Assembly (NCBI GenBank): GCA_902826885.1
Contig: CADEGL010000006.1
Span: 2,091 to 66,090 of the forward strand
DNA: 64,000 nt
Source: an uncultured Alphaproteobacteria bacterium
Lineage (GTDB): Bacteria; Pseudomonadota; Alphaproteobacteria; CADEGL01
Direction: 5' to 3'
Shown: in pieces, positions 43,848 to 53,542 of the stretch
Position numbering within the stretch: position 1 is the first letter of the stretch
How the letters are laid out: the number at the start of each line of letters is the position of its first letter
Made by a program: the position numbers and the translations under genes
The notes under the pieces: generated by a model
Databases searched by the model: none
What the model saw: only the letters and a program-made list of their open reading frames with translations
What the model was told of the DNA's origin: nothing

Positions 43848-45134
43848 ATGATCAGGCATATCAAGAAGCCCGCCAAAGCGGCGGATGCGCGCCAGACCGA
43901 AGATCGCGGCACCGAAGATACCGTGCGCGGCATCCTGACCGATGTGCGCGGGCGCGGCGACGCGGCCTTGCGCCAATATTCGGAGAAGTTCGACCGGTGG
44001 AACCCGCCCTCGTTCCGCCTGAGCGAGGCCGACATCAAAAGTTGCCTGGACGAGACGCCGGCGCGGGTGCGGGACGACATCATCTTTGCCCAAGCGCAGA
44101 TTCGCCGCTTCGCCGAGCATCAGCGCGCGGCGCTGAAGGATGTCGAGGTCGAGACCATCCCCGGCGTGATCCTGGGCCACAAGAACGTGCCGGTCGGCAA
44201 TGTGGGCTGCTATGTGCCGGGCGGGAAGTATCCGCTGGTGGCGTCCGCCCATATGGGCATCGTGACCGCCAAGGCCGCGGGCGTCGCGCGCGTGATCGCC
44301 TGCGCGCCGCCGACCGGCGGCAAGCCGCATGCGGCGACCGTGACGGCCATGCATCTGGCCGGCGCGGACGAGATCTATTGCATGGGCGGCGTACAGGCCG
44401 TGGCGGCCATGGCCTACGGCACCGAGACCATCGCGCCGGTCGACATGATCGTCGGGCCCGGCAACGCCTATGTCGCAGAGGCCAAGCGCCAGCTGTTCGG
44501 CACGGTCGGCATCGACCTGTTCGCGGGTCCGACCGAGCAGCTCGTGATCGCCGACGATTCTTGCGACGCGGAGCTGGTGGCCGCCGACATTCTGGGCCAG
44601 GCGGAGCACGGGCCGGATTCGCCGACCATCGTGGTCACCAATTCCGAGGCCCTGGCCAAGGCCACGCTGGTCGAGATCGAGCGCCAGCTCACCAAGCTCC
44701 CGACGGCCAAGATCGCCGGCGCGGCCTGGCGCGACCATGGCGAGATCATCTTGTGCGACACGGTCGACGAGATGGTGGCCGAGGGCGACCGCATCGCGTC
44801 CGAGCATGTCCAGGTGATGACGCGCGATCCCGACGTGTTCCTTAGGCGCATGACCAACTACGGCGCCTTGTTCCTGGGCAAGGAAACCAACGTCAGCTAT
44901 GGCGACAAGGTGGTGGGCACCAACCACATCCTGCCGACGCGCCGCGCGGCGCGTTACACGGGCGGGCTGTGGGTGGGCAAGTTCATCAAGACCTGCACCT
45001 ACCAACGCCTGACCGAAGCGGCCAGCGTGACCATCGGCGAATACTGCTCGCGCCTATGCGCCGTCGAAGGCTTCGCCGGTCACAAGGAGCAGGCCGATAT
45101 CCGCCTGCGCCGCTACCGCAAGGCAGCCGGGTAG
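43848..45134 (+). CDS. histidinol-dehydrogenase-family NAD-dependent dehydrogenase (not in a his context; HpsN-like possibility)
   Basis: ATG 43848 after [68 protein letters not shown] and GTNHILPT are HisD-family blocks. Confidence 0.88.
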   Translation: MIRHIKKPAKAADARQTEDRGTEDTVRGILTDVRGRGDAALRQYSEKFDRWNPPSFRLSEADIKSCLDETPARVRDDIIFAQAQIRRFAEHQRAALKDVEVETIPGVILGHKNVPVGNVGCYVPGGKYPLVASAHMGIVTAKAAGVARVIACAPPTGGKPHAATVTAMHLAGADEIYCMGGVQAVAAMAYGTETIAPVDMIVGPGNAYVAEAKRQLFGTVGIDLFAGPTEQLVIADDSCDAELVAADILGQAEHGPDSPTIVVTNSEALAKATLVEIERQLTKLPTAKIAGAAWRDHGEIILCDTVDEMVAEGDRIASEHVQVMTRDPDVFLRRMTNYGALFLGKETNVSYGDKVVGTNHILPTRRAARYTGGLWVGKFIKTCTYQRLTEAASVTIGEYCSRLCAVEGFAGHKEQADIRLRRYRKAAG

Positions 45135-45137
45135 GCG

Positions 45138-46511
45138 TCAGGCGGCGCGGACCGGCGGCAGAAGCGTTTCCAGGCAGTGTTGGACGGAAGCGCGCTCCAT
45201 CTCGGCGTATAGGGCGAACTCGTCCAGCACGGACGCGCCCAACGCATCCTCGAACGCGGTCTTGTTCGGATTCGCCTGGAAGGCGCCGTTGCCATCCTGG
45301 CCGAGATTCGAGCGGAAGATGCCGGCCGCGCTGACGGGCAGGAAATCCTCGTAGACGATGGGCCGAGCCGTCGCCAAACCCGTGCGCACGAGCGCGTCGG
45401 CCGTCGCGGGGATGTTTCCCTCGCGCACCGCGCGGCCGCGGCGCCCGGTCGGGACATACTCGAAATAGGCCAAGCCTTGCTCTCGCATCGCCGTTGCGTC
45501 GTCCGGGAAGGCCGAGAAGCGCTCCGCCAAGATGCGTTGCGCCTCAAGGGCCGGCTTCCCGCGCGACAGCGTGCGCGCCTCCACCAGCAACGCGTCGTAC
45601 AGCGCACGGCCTTTTGGCGTGAGGGCCGCGCCGCGCTGTTCGATTTCGCCGAAGCGGGCCGTGTGCGTGCCGTCGATTCGCCCGCTGCCGCCCGCGAACG
45701 AGATTGGCTCGTTCAAAGCCTTGAATGACGTTTGCCGCAAAAGGATGGGCACGTCGCGGCGGGGCGGGCCCTCGATCGTTTCCTTGGGCGCCATGCCGTG
45801 TTCCGGCATCAGACGCTGGACCGTGTCGATGTCGAGCGTGCGCGGGGTCAAGTGGTTGATGTGCGGCCCCTTGAAAGAGACGATGTCGGCGATCAGGGGA
45901 TGCGCGGCGCTCAAGCGCTGGTAAAGCGCGTGCGGAACGAGGGCTTCGTCGTGCCAGCGGAACGTTTCGAGCGCTTCGCGAATGAAGGCGCTGGCATCCG
46001 CTTCGGACAGACCGCCCGCGGCCTCGGCCTTTTCCACGAGCAGGCGCGCGGCGGGCGTGAAGATCTCGCGCGCATCGAGGGTCGCGGCGACTTCGCGCCG
46101 CAGCGATTCGTCGAGCAGGTCGACGCGCAAAAGCGACGTGAACACCCGGAAGGGATTCTTCTCCAGCGCGGCGGCGTTCACCGGGCGAAAGGCGGTCGAA
46201 TGCACGGGCAGTCCCGCGGCGGAAAGGTCGTAATAGCCGACGGGATGCATGCCCATCACGGCGAAGAGGCGGCGCATGAAGCGAAGCTCGCGGGCCGTGC
46301 CGAGCCGGATCGCGCCGTGCCGCTCTTCCGTGATGCGCGCCAGCGAACCGGTCTGGCCGCCCGGCTTGCCCTGGAGGTGGCGGCCATTCACGTCCGCCAC
46401 CAGGTCGCACAGCGTGCCATAGGCCGGCACTTCCTGCCGGTACATGCGGGACATGGCGCGGGAGAAGCGGGCGCGGATATCGTCCGTGGATACGAAGCTG
46501 GGGGCGGCCAT
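45138..46511 (-). CDS. DUF1338 / HglS(YdcJ)-like 2-oxoacid dioxygenase-decarboxylase family protein
   Basis: Trimmed to MAAPSFVSTDDIRARFSRAMSRMYRQEVPAYGTLCDLVADVN, which matches the N-terminus I recall for YdcJ/HglS. An alternative start lies 18-21 nt upstream. Confidence 0.8.
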   Translation of the reverse strand: MAAPSFVSTDDIRARFSRAMSRMYRQEVPAYGTLCDLVADVNGRHLQGKPGGQTGSLARITEERHGAIRLGTARELRFMRRLFAVMGMHPVGYYDLSAAGLPVHSTAFRPVNAAALEKNPFRVFTSLLRVDLLDESLRREVAATLDAREIFTPAARLLVEKAEAAGGLSEADASAFIREALETFRWHDEALVPHALYQRLSAAHPLIADIVSFKGPHINHLTPRTLDIDTVQRLMPEHGMAPKETIEGPPRRDVPILLRQTSFKALNEPISFAGGSGRIDGTHTARFGEIEQRGAALTPKGRALYDALLVEARTLSRGKPALEAQRILAERFSAFPDDATAMREQGLAYFEYVPTGRRGRAVREGNIPATADALVRTGLATARPIVYEDFLPVSAAGIFRSNLGQDGNGAFQANPNKTAFEDALGASVLDEFALYAEMERASVQHCLETLLPPVRAA

Positions 46512-46611
46512 GCGCGCGCCTTTCATCATAAATTCATGCTCTATACAGATGTTTTCACTATATAAATCCTTTAAAAATCGATAATTTTTCATCGGTTAAT
46601 GAGGTTATGTA

Positions 46612-47571
46612 ATGGATTTTCCCCGCCGCGCGATGCCCTCGGTCGGCGAGCTGGCGGCGTTCGAAAGCGCCGCGCGGCTGAAGAGCTTCACCCGCGCCGC
46701 GGAAGAGTTGCATCTGACGCAGGGTGCGATCAGCCGCCAGATCCGCAGCCTCGAGGAAACGATCGGCGCCATCCTGTTCGCGCGCGTCCGGCGGACGATC
46801 GTGCTGACCGACGCGGGCGCCTTGTTCCTGGCGGATGTGCGCAAACTGCTCGCGGATTTGGGCGAGGCCAGCGCGCGCGCGGCCGCGTTCGGCGCGGACC
46901 ACGTGCTCAATCTCGCGGTGCTGCCGACCTTTGCCACGCGCTGGCTGATGCCCCGCATGCCCCGTTTCCTGAAGGGCAGGCCCGAGGTGACTGTCAACTT
47001 CCTGGTCCGGCTCGCGCCATTCAGTTTCGAGGAACAGCCTTTCGACGCGGCCATCCATTTCGGCGATGGCGTTTGGCCGGGTGCCACGACGCATTATCTC
47101 TGCCGCGAGGAAATCGTCGCCGTGGCCAGCCCGGAGACGATCCGGCATTTGGGCCTTCGCGCGCCGGCCGATCTGGCTAAGGCCACGCTCTTGCACCAGA
47201 CCACGCGGCCGGATGCATGGCGCGAGTGGCTGTCGGTCCAACGGACAAGCCATCCCGCGGCCGATCAGGGGCCGCGCATCGAGCAGTTTGGCATGATCGT
47301 CGAGGCCGCCATGGCGGGGCTGGGTGCGGCGCTAATCCCGAAATTCCTGGCGGCGGCCGAAATCGCGCAGGGACGCTTGGCCGTCATTCCCGCGGCGCCG
47401 TTCGAAAGCAGCAAGGCCTATTGGCTGGCCGTGCCGGAGCGCAAGCAAAGCGACGCCACGGTCGCGGGCTTCCTCGAATGGTTGAAGCGGGAGACGGCCA
47501 CGCTGACGCAGGAAAAAACCGCGACCGCCAAAGCGCCGCGGAAGCCGCGCCGTCCCGCGGGGCCGACTTAG
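46612..47571 (+). CDS. LysR-family transcriptional regulator (GcvA-like)
   Basis: LAAFESAARLKSFTRAAEELHLTQGAISRQIRSLE is the HTH. Divergent from the HglS-like gene across a 100-bp AT-rich spacer. Confidence 0.9.
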   Translation: MDFPRRAMPSVGELAAFESAARLKSFTRAAEELHLTQGAISRQIRSLEETIGAILFARVRRTIVLTDAGALFLADVRKLLADLGEASARAAAFGADHVLNLAVLPTFATRWLMPRMPRFLKGRPEVTVNFLVRLAPFSFEEQPFDAAIHFGDGVWPGATTHYLCREEIVAVASPETIRHLGLRAPADLAKATLLHQTTRPDAWREWLSVQRTSHPAADQGPRIEQFGMIVEAAMAGLGAALIPKFLAAAEIAQGRLAVIPAAPFESSKAYWLAVPERKQSDATVAGFLEWLKRETATLTQEKTATAKAPRKPRRPAGPT

Positions 47572-49895
47572 ATCACCTTGGCGCCATAGCGGTCGCCCAG
47601 GATTTCCACCTCCAGCGCCGTGCCCGGCTTCGCCTGGGCGGCGTCGACCATGGCGAAGGCCATGCTCGCACCGCGTCCATGGGCGTAGCCGCCCGAGGTA
47701 ACCGCCCCCACATCCGTGCCGTTGATGGAAACGGGCTCGTCCCCCCAGGGATCGACCGGCCGCGCGCCTTTCGCGATTTCCAGGCGCACCAAACGGCGCG
47801 ACGCGCCATTGGCCTTGCGCTTGGCGCTGTCCTTGAGAAGGCCGCCGAGGCCAACGTCGTTCGGATCGCTTTCCATCCAGTAATCCAGACCGAACATCGG
47901 CACGCCTGCTTCGAGGCGAATGGCGCCGTAGGCACGGAAGCCAATGTCGCGGATGCCGTGCGCCTTGCCCGCCGCGGTTAGTGCTTCGTAGACCGCGATC
48001 TGGTTTTCCATCGGATGATGGACGCCCCAGATCGGCGTCTCGCCCGCATTCAGACGCACGAGCCGGATCGGAATATTGCCGAGGCGCGTTTCCGCGATCG
48101 TGTCCGGCTTCATGGATGCGTCGAGGCCGAGCGCTTCGACCACCGCTTCGCCCTTCGGGCCGAGCAGGGCGAGGATGCCCCAGCGTGCCGAGACGTCTTC
48201 GAACTTCGCATCCTTCGCGTGGGTCGAAAGCCAATGGGCGTCGCGCGCCGCGTCGATCGGCCAGCCGACCAAGTAGAAACGGTCGTCCGTGAGCCGCCCG
48301 AGATGCATCACCGCGGCGACGCGGCCCTGTGCGTTGAGGAACGGCGCGGCGGGGAAGCCGCCGGCCTTCGGCACGGCGCCCGCCGACAGGCGTTCGATCA
48401 GCGCCGCCGCGTTCGGGCCCGACAGCTCGAACTTGCCCGTGCTCGACCAGTCCAGGATGCCGACACCCTCGCGAACCGCCTTCGCCTCGGCCGCCACATG
48501 TGGATGCCAGTTGGTGCGTTCGTAGGCGTGGACGTCCTCGGTCTTCTGGCCTTTCGGCGCAAACCAGTTGGGCACCTCCCAGCCGTTGACCGCACCGAAC
48601 ACCGCACCTTGCGCCTTCAGCCGATCATAGACCGGCGTGGTGCGGCAGGGGCGGCCTTCCGGCGCTTCGACATGCGGGTAGTAAGCCGCGGATGCGAAGG
48701 CGTGGCCGGACGACAGGCGCTGCACCGCGTAATGCTTGTCGGCGTACGGGCCGAAGCGGTTCACGTCGAACGGCGCCAGGTTGATGCTGGGCTGGCCTTC
48801 GATGATCCATTCGGCGAGATAGCGCGTCACGCTGCTGAACATGAACGCGCCGGAGACGCCGTTCATGTTCCAGAAATTGTCGTAGCCGTGCGCCGGTCCG
48901 ATCAGCGGGCGCATATCCGGGCTGCGCGGCGTCGGTCCGTTCACGACCGTACGGATGCCGACGGTCTTGAGGGCGGGGATCATTTCTTGAATTTGCAGCA
49001 GCCGGTGCTCGGTCCGCTCCAAATCCGGCGGGAGCAGTTCCTGCCCGAACTCGGGTGGCACGCCCTCGACGCCGAAGAACTTCGGATGGTCCTCGTAGCA
49101 GGAGATGATCAACCCCTTGCGGTCGGCGCGCGTGTACAGAGGCACGGACATGTCCCACAGCATGGGCAATTCGTGGCCGAGCTGCTCGATGTCCGGAATG
49201 GTCTCGGTAACCAGGAACTCATGCTCGATCGAAACGGCGGGCAGGATGCCGCCGACCATGGCCGAGATTTCCTTGGCCCACATGCCGCCGCAATTGACCA
49301 CATGGTCCGCCGTGATCGCGCCCTTGTCGGTTTCGATACGCCATTCGCCCGACGGCATGCGCGTCATGCCCGTTACCTTGGTATGGCGATAGATCTCGGC
49401 GCCTAACTCGCGCGCCTTGCGCGCTAGGCCCTGCGTCGTCTGGGACGGATCGGTGTAGCAGTCGCCCGGCAGCCACAGGGCGCTTTTCACGTCCCGCGCT
49501 TCGAGGAGAGGGAAAAGGTCGCGCACGCGTTGCGGCCCGATGATCTCGGCTTCCTTGCCGACCTGCCGGGCGATGCCGAGGAAGCGTTTGTTCTCGTCCT
49601 CTTCGTCGCGATTATTGGCCAAACGGATACTGCCGCACTCATGCACGCCGGAGGGCGAGCCGGTCAGCGTCTCCAGGTTTTTATAAGTCTCCTGGCTTTC
49701 ATGGAGGACGCGGGCGATCAGCGCGCATTCGGCGAAGCCGGGCACCATGCCGGCGGCATGCCAGGTGGAGCCCGCGGTCAGTTCCGCCTTCTCGATCAGG
49801 GCTATGTCGGTCCAGCCCATTCGGGCCAAATGATAGAGGGTGCTGCACCCCAGAAGGCCGCCGCCGATGACGGCCACACGCACGTGCGATTTCAT
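47568..49895 (-). CDS. FAD-dependent amine oxidoreductase fused to GcvT-like folate-binding domain (dimethylglycine/sarcosine-dehydrogenase-like)
   Basis: VAVIGGGLLGCSTLYHLA dinucleotide fold, a DAO domain, and a C-terminal aminomethyltransferase-like domain (GKFELSGPNA ... AYGAIRLEAG). Confidence 0.9.
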   Translation of the reverse strand: MKSHVRVAVIGGGLLGCSTLYHLARMGWTDIALIEKAELTAGSTWHAAGMVPGFAECALIARVLHESQETYKNLETLTGSPSGVHECGSIRLANNRDEEDENKRFLGIARQVGKEAEIIGPQRVRDLFPLLEARDVKSALWLPGDCYTDPSQTTQGLARKARELGAEIYRHTKVTGMTRMPSGEWRIETDKGAITADHVVNCGGMWAKEISAMVGGILPAVSIEHEFLVTETIPDIEQLGHELPMLWDMSVPLYTRADRKGLIISCYEDHPKFFGVEGVPPEFGQELLPPDLERTEHRLLQIQEMIPALKTVGIRTVVNGPTPRSPDMRPLIGPAHGYDNFWNMNGVSGAFMFSSVTRYLAEWIIEGQPSINLAPFDVNRFGPYADKHYAVQRLSSGHAFASAAYYPHVEAPEGRPCRTTPVYDRLKAQGAVFGAVNGWEVPNWFAPKGQKTEDVHAYERTNWHPHVAAEAKAVREGVGILDWSSTGKFELSGPNAAALIERLSAGAVPKAGGFPAAPFLNAQGRVAAVMHLGRLTDDRFYLVGWPIDAARDAHWLSTHAKDAKFEDVSARWGILALLGPKGEAVVEALGLDASMKPDTIAETRLGNIPIRLVRLNAGETPIWGVHHPMENQIAVYEALTAAGKAHGIRDIGFRAYGAIRLEAGVPMFGLDYWMESDPNDVGLGGLLKDSAKRKANGASRRLVRLEIAKGARPVDPWGDEPVSINGTDVGAVTSGGYAHGRGASMAFAMVDAAQAKPGTALEVEILGDRYGAKVI

Positions 49896-49907
49896 CCGAC
49901 GCTCCCT

Positions 49908-49926
49908 GTAATCAATAATTGATTAC
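49908..49926. promoter_or_regulatory. 19-bp perfect palindrome, candidate IclR operator
   Basis: GTAATCAAT-A-ATTGATTAC lies in the AT-rich spacer between the divergent DMGDH-like gene (start 49895) and IclR gene (start 49985). Confidence 0.45.
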
Positions 49927-49984
49927 TTTAATTTTTTGCCGATTAAACTCTAGGCGACGAAAAAAGCCGGAGTCGAGAGCGCCC

Positions 49985-50872
49985 ATGGCCCGTGGAAGAC
50001 CACGCCTGAACCCCTTGCCGCCCGCGGTGCAGGAGCCTGGCCGTCCCGGTTCACCGCTGTCGGCCGTGGTGTGGAATTACGATGGCGAACGCTTGGCCGA
50101 GGAGAGCGACCAACGCCTGTTCAACAATTCCATCGAGAAAGGGATGCGGGTTCTCCATGCGTTCGGCGTCGAGCGGCGTTCGCTCAACGTGGCGGAGATC
50201 GCACGAGCATCGGGGCTCGATCGCAGCTCGACCCAGCGCGTGGTTTACACGCTGCATCGCCTTGGCTACCTGCGGAAGGACGAGGTCACACGGCGCTATC
50301 GCCCGTCGTCGCGCGTGCTCGATTTCGGCAGTGCCTATCTGGCGGCTGACGAGCCTGCCTCGCGCCTGCCGCGTTATTTCTCACTGATACACCGGCGCAC
50401 CGGCGAGTTTGTCTCGCTCAACGAGTTGGACGGCACGGAGGTCGTGGTGATCACGCGGCTGCCGAGCCGCCGCCTGTTCAGCATCAATGTCCAGCCCGGC
50501 ATGCGCTTTCCGGCGTTTTGCACGGCGACCGGCCGGGCGATACTGGGCTTTCTTCCGCTTGACGCCGCGCGCGCGGTCCTCGCGCGTTCGAAGCGCAAGC
50601 CACTGACCGGACACACGGTGACCGATCTGGCCGGGATCGAACGCGCGCTGCAACGCGTGCGCGAAACGGGTTATTGCATCACAGAGCAGGAAGCCGTGGC
50701 CGGCACGACGGCATTGGGAGTGCCGATTTTCGGCGCCGGCGGACATCCCGTGGCCGCGATCGAATTCTATCTGCCGCTGGCGGAATGGCCGCGCGAACGC
50801 ATCGCGCGAGAGTTGGCGCCGCCGGCGTTGGAGGCGGGACGCGAGATGTCGCGCAGCCTGGGCGCGCGCTAG
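49985..50872 (+). CDS. IclR-family transcriptional regulator
   Basis: Trimmed to MARGRPRLNPLPP. NSIEKGMRVLHAFGVERRSLNVAEIARASGLDRSSTQRVVYTLHRLGYL is the HTH, followed by an effector domain. Confidence 0.88.
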   Translation: MARGRPRLNPLPPAVQEPGRPGSPLSAVVWNYDGERLAEESDQRLFNNSIEKGMRVLHAFGVERRSLNVAEIARASGLDRSSTQRVVYTLHRLGYLRKDEVTRRYRPSSRVLDFGSAYLAADEPASRLPRYFSLIHRRTGEFVSLNELDGTEVVVITRLPSRRLFSINVQPGMRFPAFCTATGRAILGFLPLDAARAVLARSKRKPLTGHTVTDLAGIERALQRVRETGYCITEQEAVAGTTALGVPIFGAGGHPVAAIEFYLPLAEWPRERIARELAPPALEAGREMSRSLGAR

Positions 50873-52494
50873 GGAATCTCGATCTCGAAGCGGAAGATCG
50901 CTTTCTCGAAATCGTTCACCAGCACGTCGACGCGGACCTGCCATGTGCCGGGATAGGGCATGGGCACGAAGGCGAACTGGTAGCGGCCGCCCGCGATGGC
51001 TTCCGCCGTGCGCGGAAACGCCTCGATGCCCTGGTCGCCCTTGGTGATCGCCGCCGTGACCTCGGAAGATTTGATGGGATTGCCTTTGGCGTCGTGAACC
51101 ATCAGTTCGAGCGTGTTCAGTCCCGCGTGGCCCGGCGTCACGGCCAGATTGGCTTTATAGACGCCGCTGACGGCTTCGGCGGCGATGCCCGCGCCTTCCG
51201 GCGTCAGATGGTGATGTTCATGCGCGGCCGGCGCACCGCCCGCGCGCGGGGGCGTCGCGAAACCGAGGCCCGCCGTCACGCCGAGGATTAGAAACGCCAA
51301 CGCCAACTCCATCCGGATCGTGCGGCGAAACATCGCCAAAGCGCGGTCACGGTCCGTCTGCAAGCGGCCGAGCAGGCGTTGGCGATTGTATGCGGCCAGG
51401 GCCGCCAAGCCGGCGACGAGGACCAGCTTGGCCAACAGCATGCGGCCGTAATCGGTGGCCGTCAGCCCGGCGACCTCCCGAACCTGGAGAAAGGCGACGA
51501 TGAGGCCCGACAAGGCGAGCAATGCCACGTTGGGCACCGCGAATGTCGAGAACCGCGATAGCGCGCGGGGCGCGTCCTGCGGCGCGGCGGCGATGATGCG
51601 GAGGAGGGGCCACAGCGCACCGATCCAGAACGAGACGGTCAGCGCGTGAAGGCCGAGCGAAGAATTGGCCAGCCATGCCGGGTCCGCGCCGCCGACATGC
51701 CCCGTGGCCGTGAGGCTGGCCGCGGTGATCGCGGCGCCCATGATGGCGGTGACTTGAAAGAACGGCCGTGCAATCCGCCGGATCGAGAGGGCGATCAGCA
51801 CCGCGCCGCCGATGGCGATGGCGGCCGCGGGCGCAAGGCTGCTCTCGCCGCCCACCTGCCAGGGCCGGGGCGTGAAAAACTCGCCGAGCGGCGTGAGGGC
51901 CAGGAGCGCGCCGTGAACGCCGACGTCGAGGGCGGCCGTGAATGCGACCAAGGCCGCGGAAGCGGCGACATAGCGCCGGAGCCAGCGCGACGCGCCGCCC
52001 GCGACGAAGACCGCGAACAAGGCACCGCCGCACGCGGCAATCAGCGCCGCGAAGTTGAGCGTGCGCAGGGCCCAGTCGGCGGTCCGCCAAATGCCCTCCA
52101 GGGCCTGCGTCTCCGGCGCCATGGGCGGCTGCTCGGTGGCGTAGCCCAGCGAGAAATAAAGCGACCCGGCGACGGGATGGGAATCCCCCGAACGCACGCG
52201 ATAGGTGACGAGATAGGTGCCCTCGGGCATCTCCGCCGGCAGGTTGATGCGCATTTCCGAATCGCGCACGCGCACGTTGCGCATCTCGGCGATGACCGCG
52301 CCGGTGCCATCCAGCACACGCACGTCCACCGGCACGACGGTCTCGTTGAAACTCAGCACGACGGCGTCGATCGGGTCCTTGAGAACCGCGCCGTCCTTGG
52401 GATCGCTGCCCAAAAGCAGGGCGTGGGCGCGCGCTGGATCGGGCGCGAACGCCAGAACGGTGAGCAACAGCGCAAGGATCGTCAGTCGTTTCAT
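50869..52494 (-). CDS. CopC-CopD fusion copper-transport protein (YcnJ-like) with extra C-terminal periplasmic domain
   Basis: Signal peptide ending ARA, then a predicted mature N-terminal His (HALLLGSDP). The CopC beta-sandwich (YRVRSGDSHPVAGSLYFSLG) is followed by about 8 TM helices (CopD-like) and a C-terminal beta domain. Confidence 0.85.
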   Translation of the reverse strand: MKRLTILALLLTVLAFAPDPARAHALLLGSDPKDGAVLKDPIDAVVLSFNETVVPVDVRVLDGTGAVIAEMRNVRVRDSEMRINLPAEMPEGTYLVTYRVRSGDSHPVAGSLYFSLGYATEQPPMAPETQALEGIWRTADWALRTLNFAALIAACGGALFAVFVAGGASRWLRRYVAASAALVAFTAALDVGVHGALLALTPLGEFFTPRPWQVGGESSLAPAAAIAIGGAVLIALSIRRIARPFFQVTAIMGAAITAASLTATGHVGGADPAWLANSSLGLHALTVSFWIGALWPLLRIIAAAPQDAPRALSRFSTFAVPNVALLALSGLIVAFLQVREVAGLTATDYGRMLLAKLVLVAGLAALAAYNRQRLLGRLQTDRDRALAMFRRTIRMELALAFLILGVTAGLGFATPPRAGGAPAAHEHHHLTPEGAGIAAEAVSGVYKANLAVTPGHAGLNTLELMVHDAKGNPIKSSEVTAAITKGDQGIEAFPRTAEAIAGGRYQFAFVPMPYPGTWQVRVDVLVNDFEKAIFRFEIEIP

Positions 52495-52552
52495 GGGCAG
52501 CGTGAGGGAATCCGGCGGAGCAGCGCGCTCCGCCGGACCTTACCTCGTCTTG

Positions 52553-53074
52553 TCAGGATTTCGGCAGCAGTTTCACCTGCGGCACGGGATGGGCATAGTC
52601 CTCCATGCTCTTGCCCGCTTCCGGCACTTCGATCCAGCGCGCGAAGCCCTTCTTGCATTCCTGCACGGTGGGAAAGTTGAGCGTCTCGCCCGGACGGTCC
52701 GGCAGCTTCATGCGCATGGCGAACTCGTCGTAGTACTCGTCGGGCAACTGGCCGGTCCAAATCACCTCCTTGACGCCTTCGGTGATCTGGCCGCCATGGC
52801 CATCGGGGACCGGCTGGGCCAGCTTGCCCTTCACGATCTCCAGCTTCCAGCCCGCCTTCGGCTGCGGCTTCACGCCGGTGACGCCGTCGGGGATCTGGAT
52901 GCGGACCTTGAGCGTCGGCGAACCGTCGCAGCCGTGCGGAACGCGCATGACCAGCTTGTAATAGCTGTCGGCCGGTGCCTGTTTGGTTTCGATGGTGGCG
53001 TGGGCGAAGGCCGTGCCGGCGAATCCCAGCAAGCCGAGCACGGCCGCGGCCGCGCGCAAACGTGAGCGTGTCAT
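52553..53074 (-). CDS. YcnI-family (DUF1775) periplasmic copper-binding protein
   Basis: Leader ...GTAFA, then a predicted mature N-terminal His (HATIETKQAP). MRVPHGCDGSPT and WTG blocks are typical of YcnI. Confidence 0.8.
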   Translation of the reverse strand: MTRSRLRAAAAVLGLLGFAGTAFAHATIETKQAPADSYYKLVMRVPHGCDGSPTLKVRIQIPDGVTGVKPQPKAGWKLEIVKGKLAQPVPDGHGGQITEGVKEVIWTGQLPDEYYDEFAMRMKLPDRPGETLNFPTVQECKKGFARWIEVPEAGKSMEDYAHPVPQVKLLPKS

Positions 53075-53132
53075 TCATAAGCTCCTGATGAAAACCATGT
53101 TCGAAGCCCGCTCGGAAGCGGGCGCTGCGTGA

Positions 53133-53531
53133 TCAGCCGGTGACCGGCGGTGCGCGGGCCTGGAGCGGGCTGGCAAATCGCTCGGCCGCCGTGCCGGACG
53201 CGGCCGTTTCGAACACGACGCCCGCGATCTCGGGCGCCTGGAACACATACGCGATGGGAACAAGGGCAGGGCCGCCAAGTTGCAGCGCCTGACAGATCGG
53301 GCACTGCATCGGCCGGTCATGGCCGGGCTTCGCGGGTTCGGGCGCATCCTGCTCCGCGGCGGCATGGTCGCCACGGGAGCCGTGCGCGGAGTGGCCGGAG
53401 CCATCCATCGCATGCGTGGCCGCCGGCACGGAGGTCGCGGCGAAGCCAGGTGGCCGGTGCGCCATCGGCACGGCCATGTGCAGCAGCAGGCCGAAGACGG
53501 CCAGCCATCGCGCCATGGCCGCGAAACGCAT
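53133..53531 (-). CDS. DUF2946-type CxxC protein (copy 1)
   Basis: Last 132 codons of the spurious ORF 53133..54068. MRFAAMARWLAVFGLLLHMAVP is the leader or anchor, followed by a His-rich stretch, CPICQ, and C-terminal PLQARAPPVTG. Confidence 0.65.
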   Translation of the reverse strand: MRFAAMARWLAVFGLLLHMAVPMAHRPPGFAATSVPAATHAMDGSGHSAHGSRGDHAAAEQDAPEPAKPGHDRPMQCPICQALQLGGPALVPIAYVFQAPEIAGVVFETAASGTAAERFASPLQARAPPVTG

Positions 53532-53542
53532 GGAGAAGCTTG

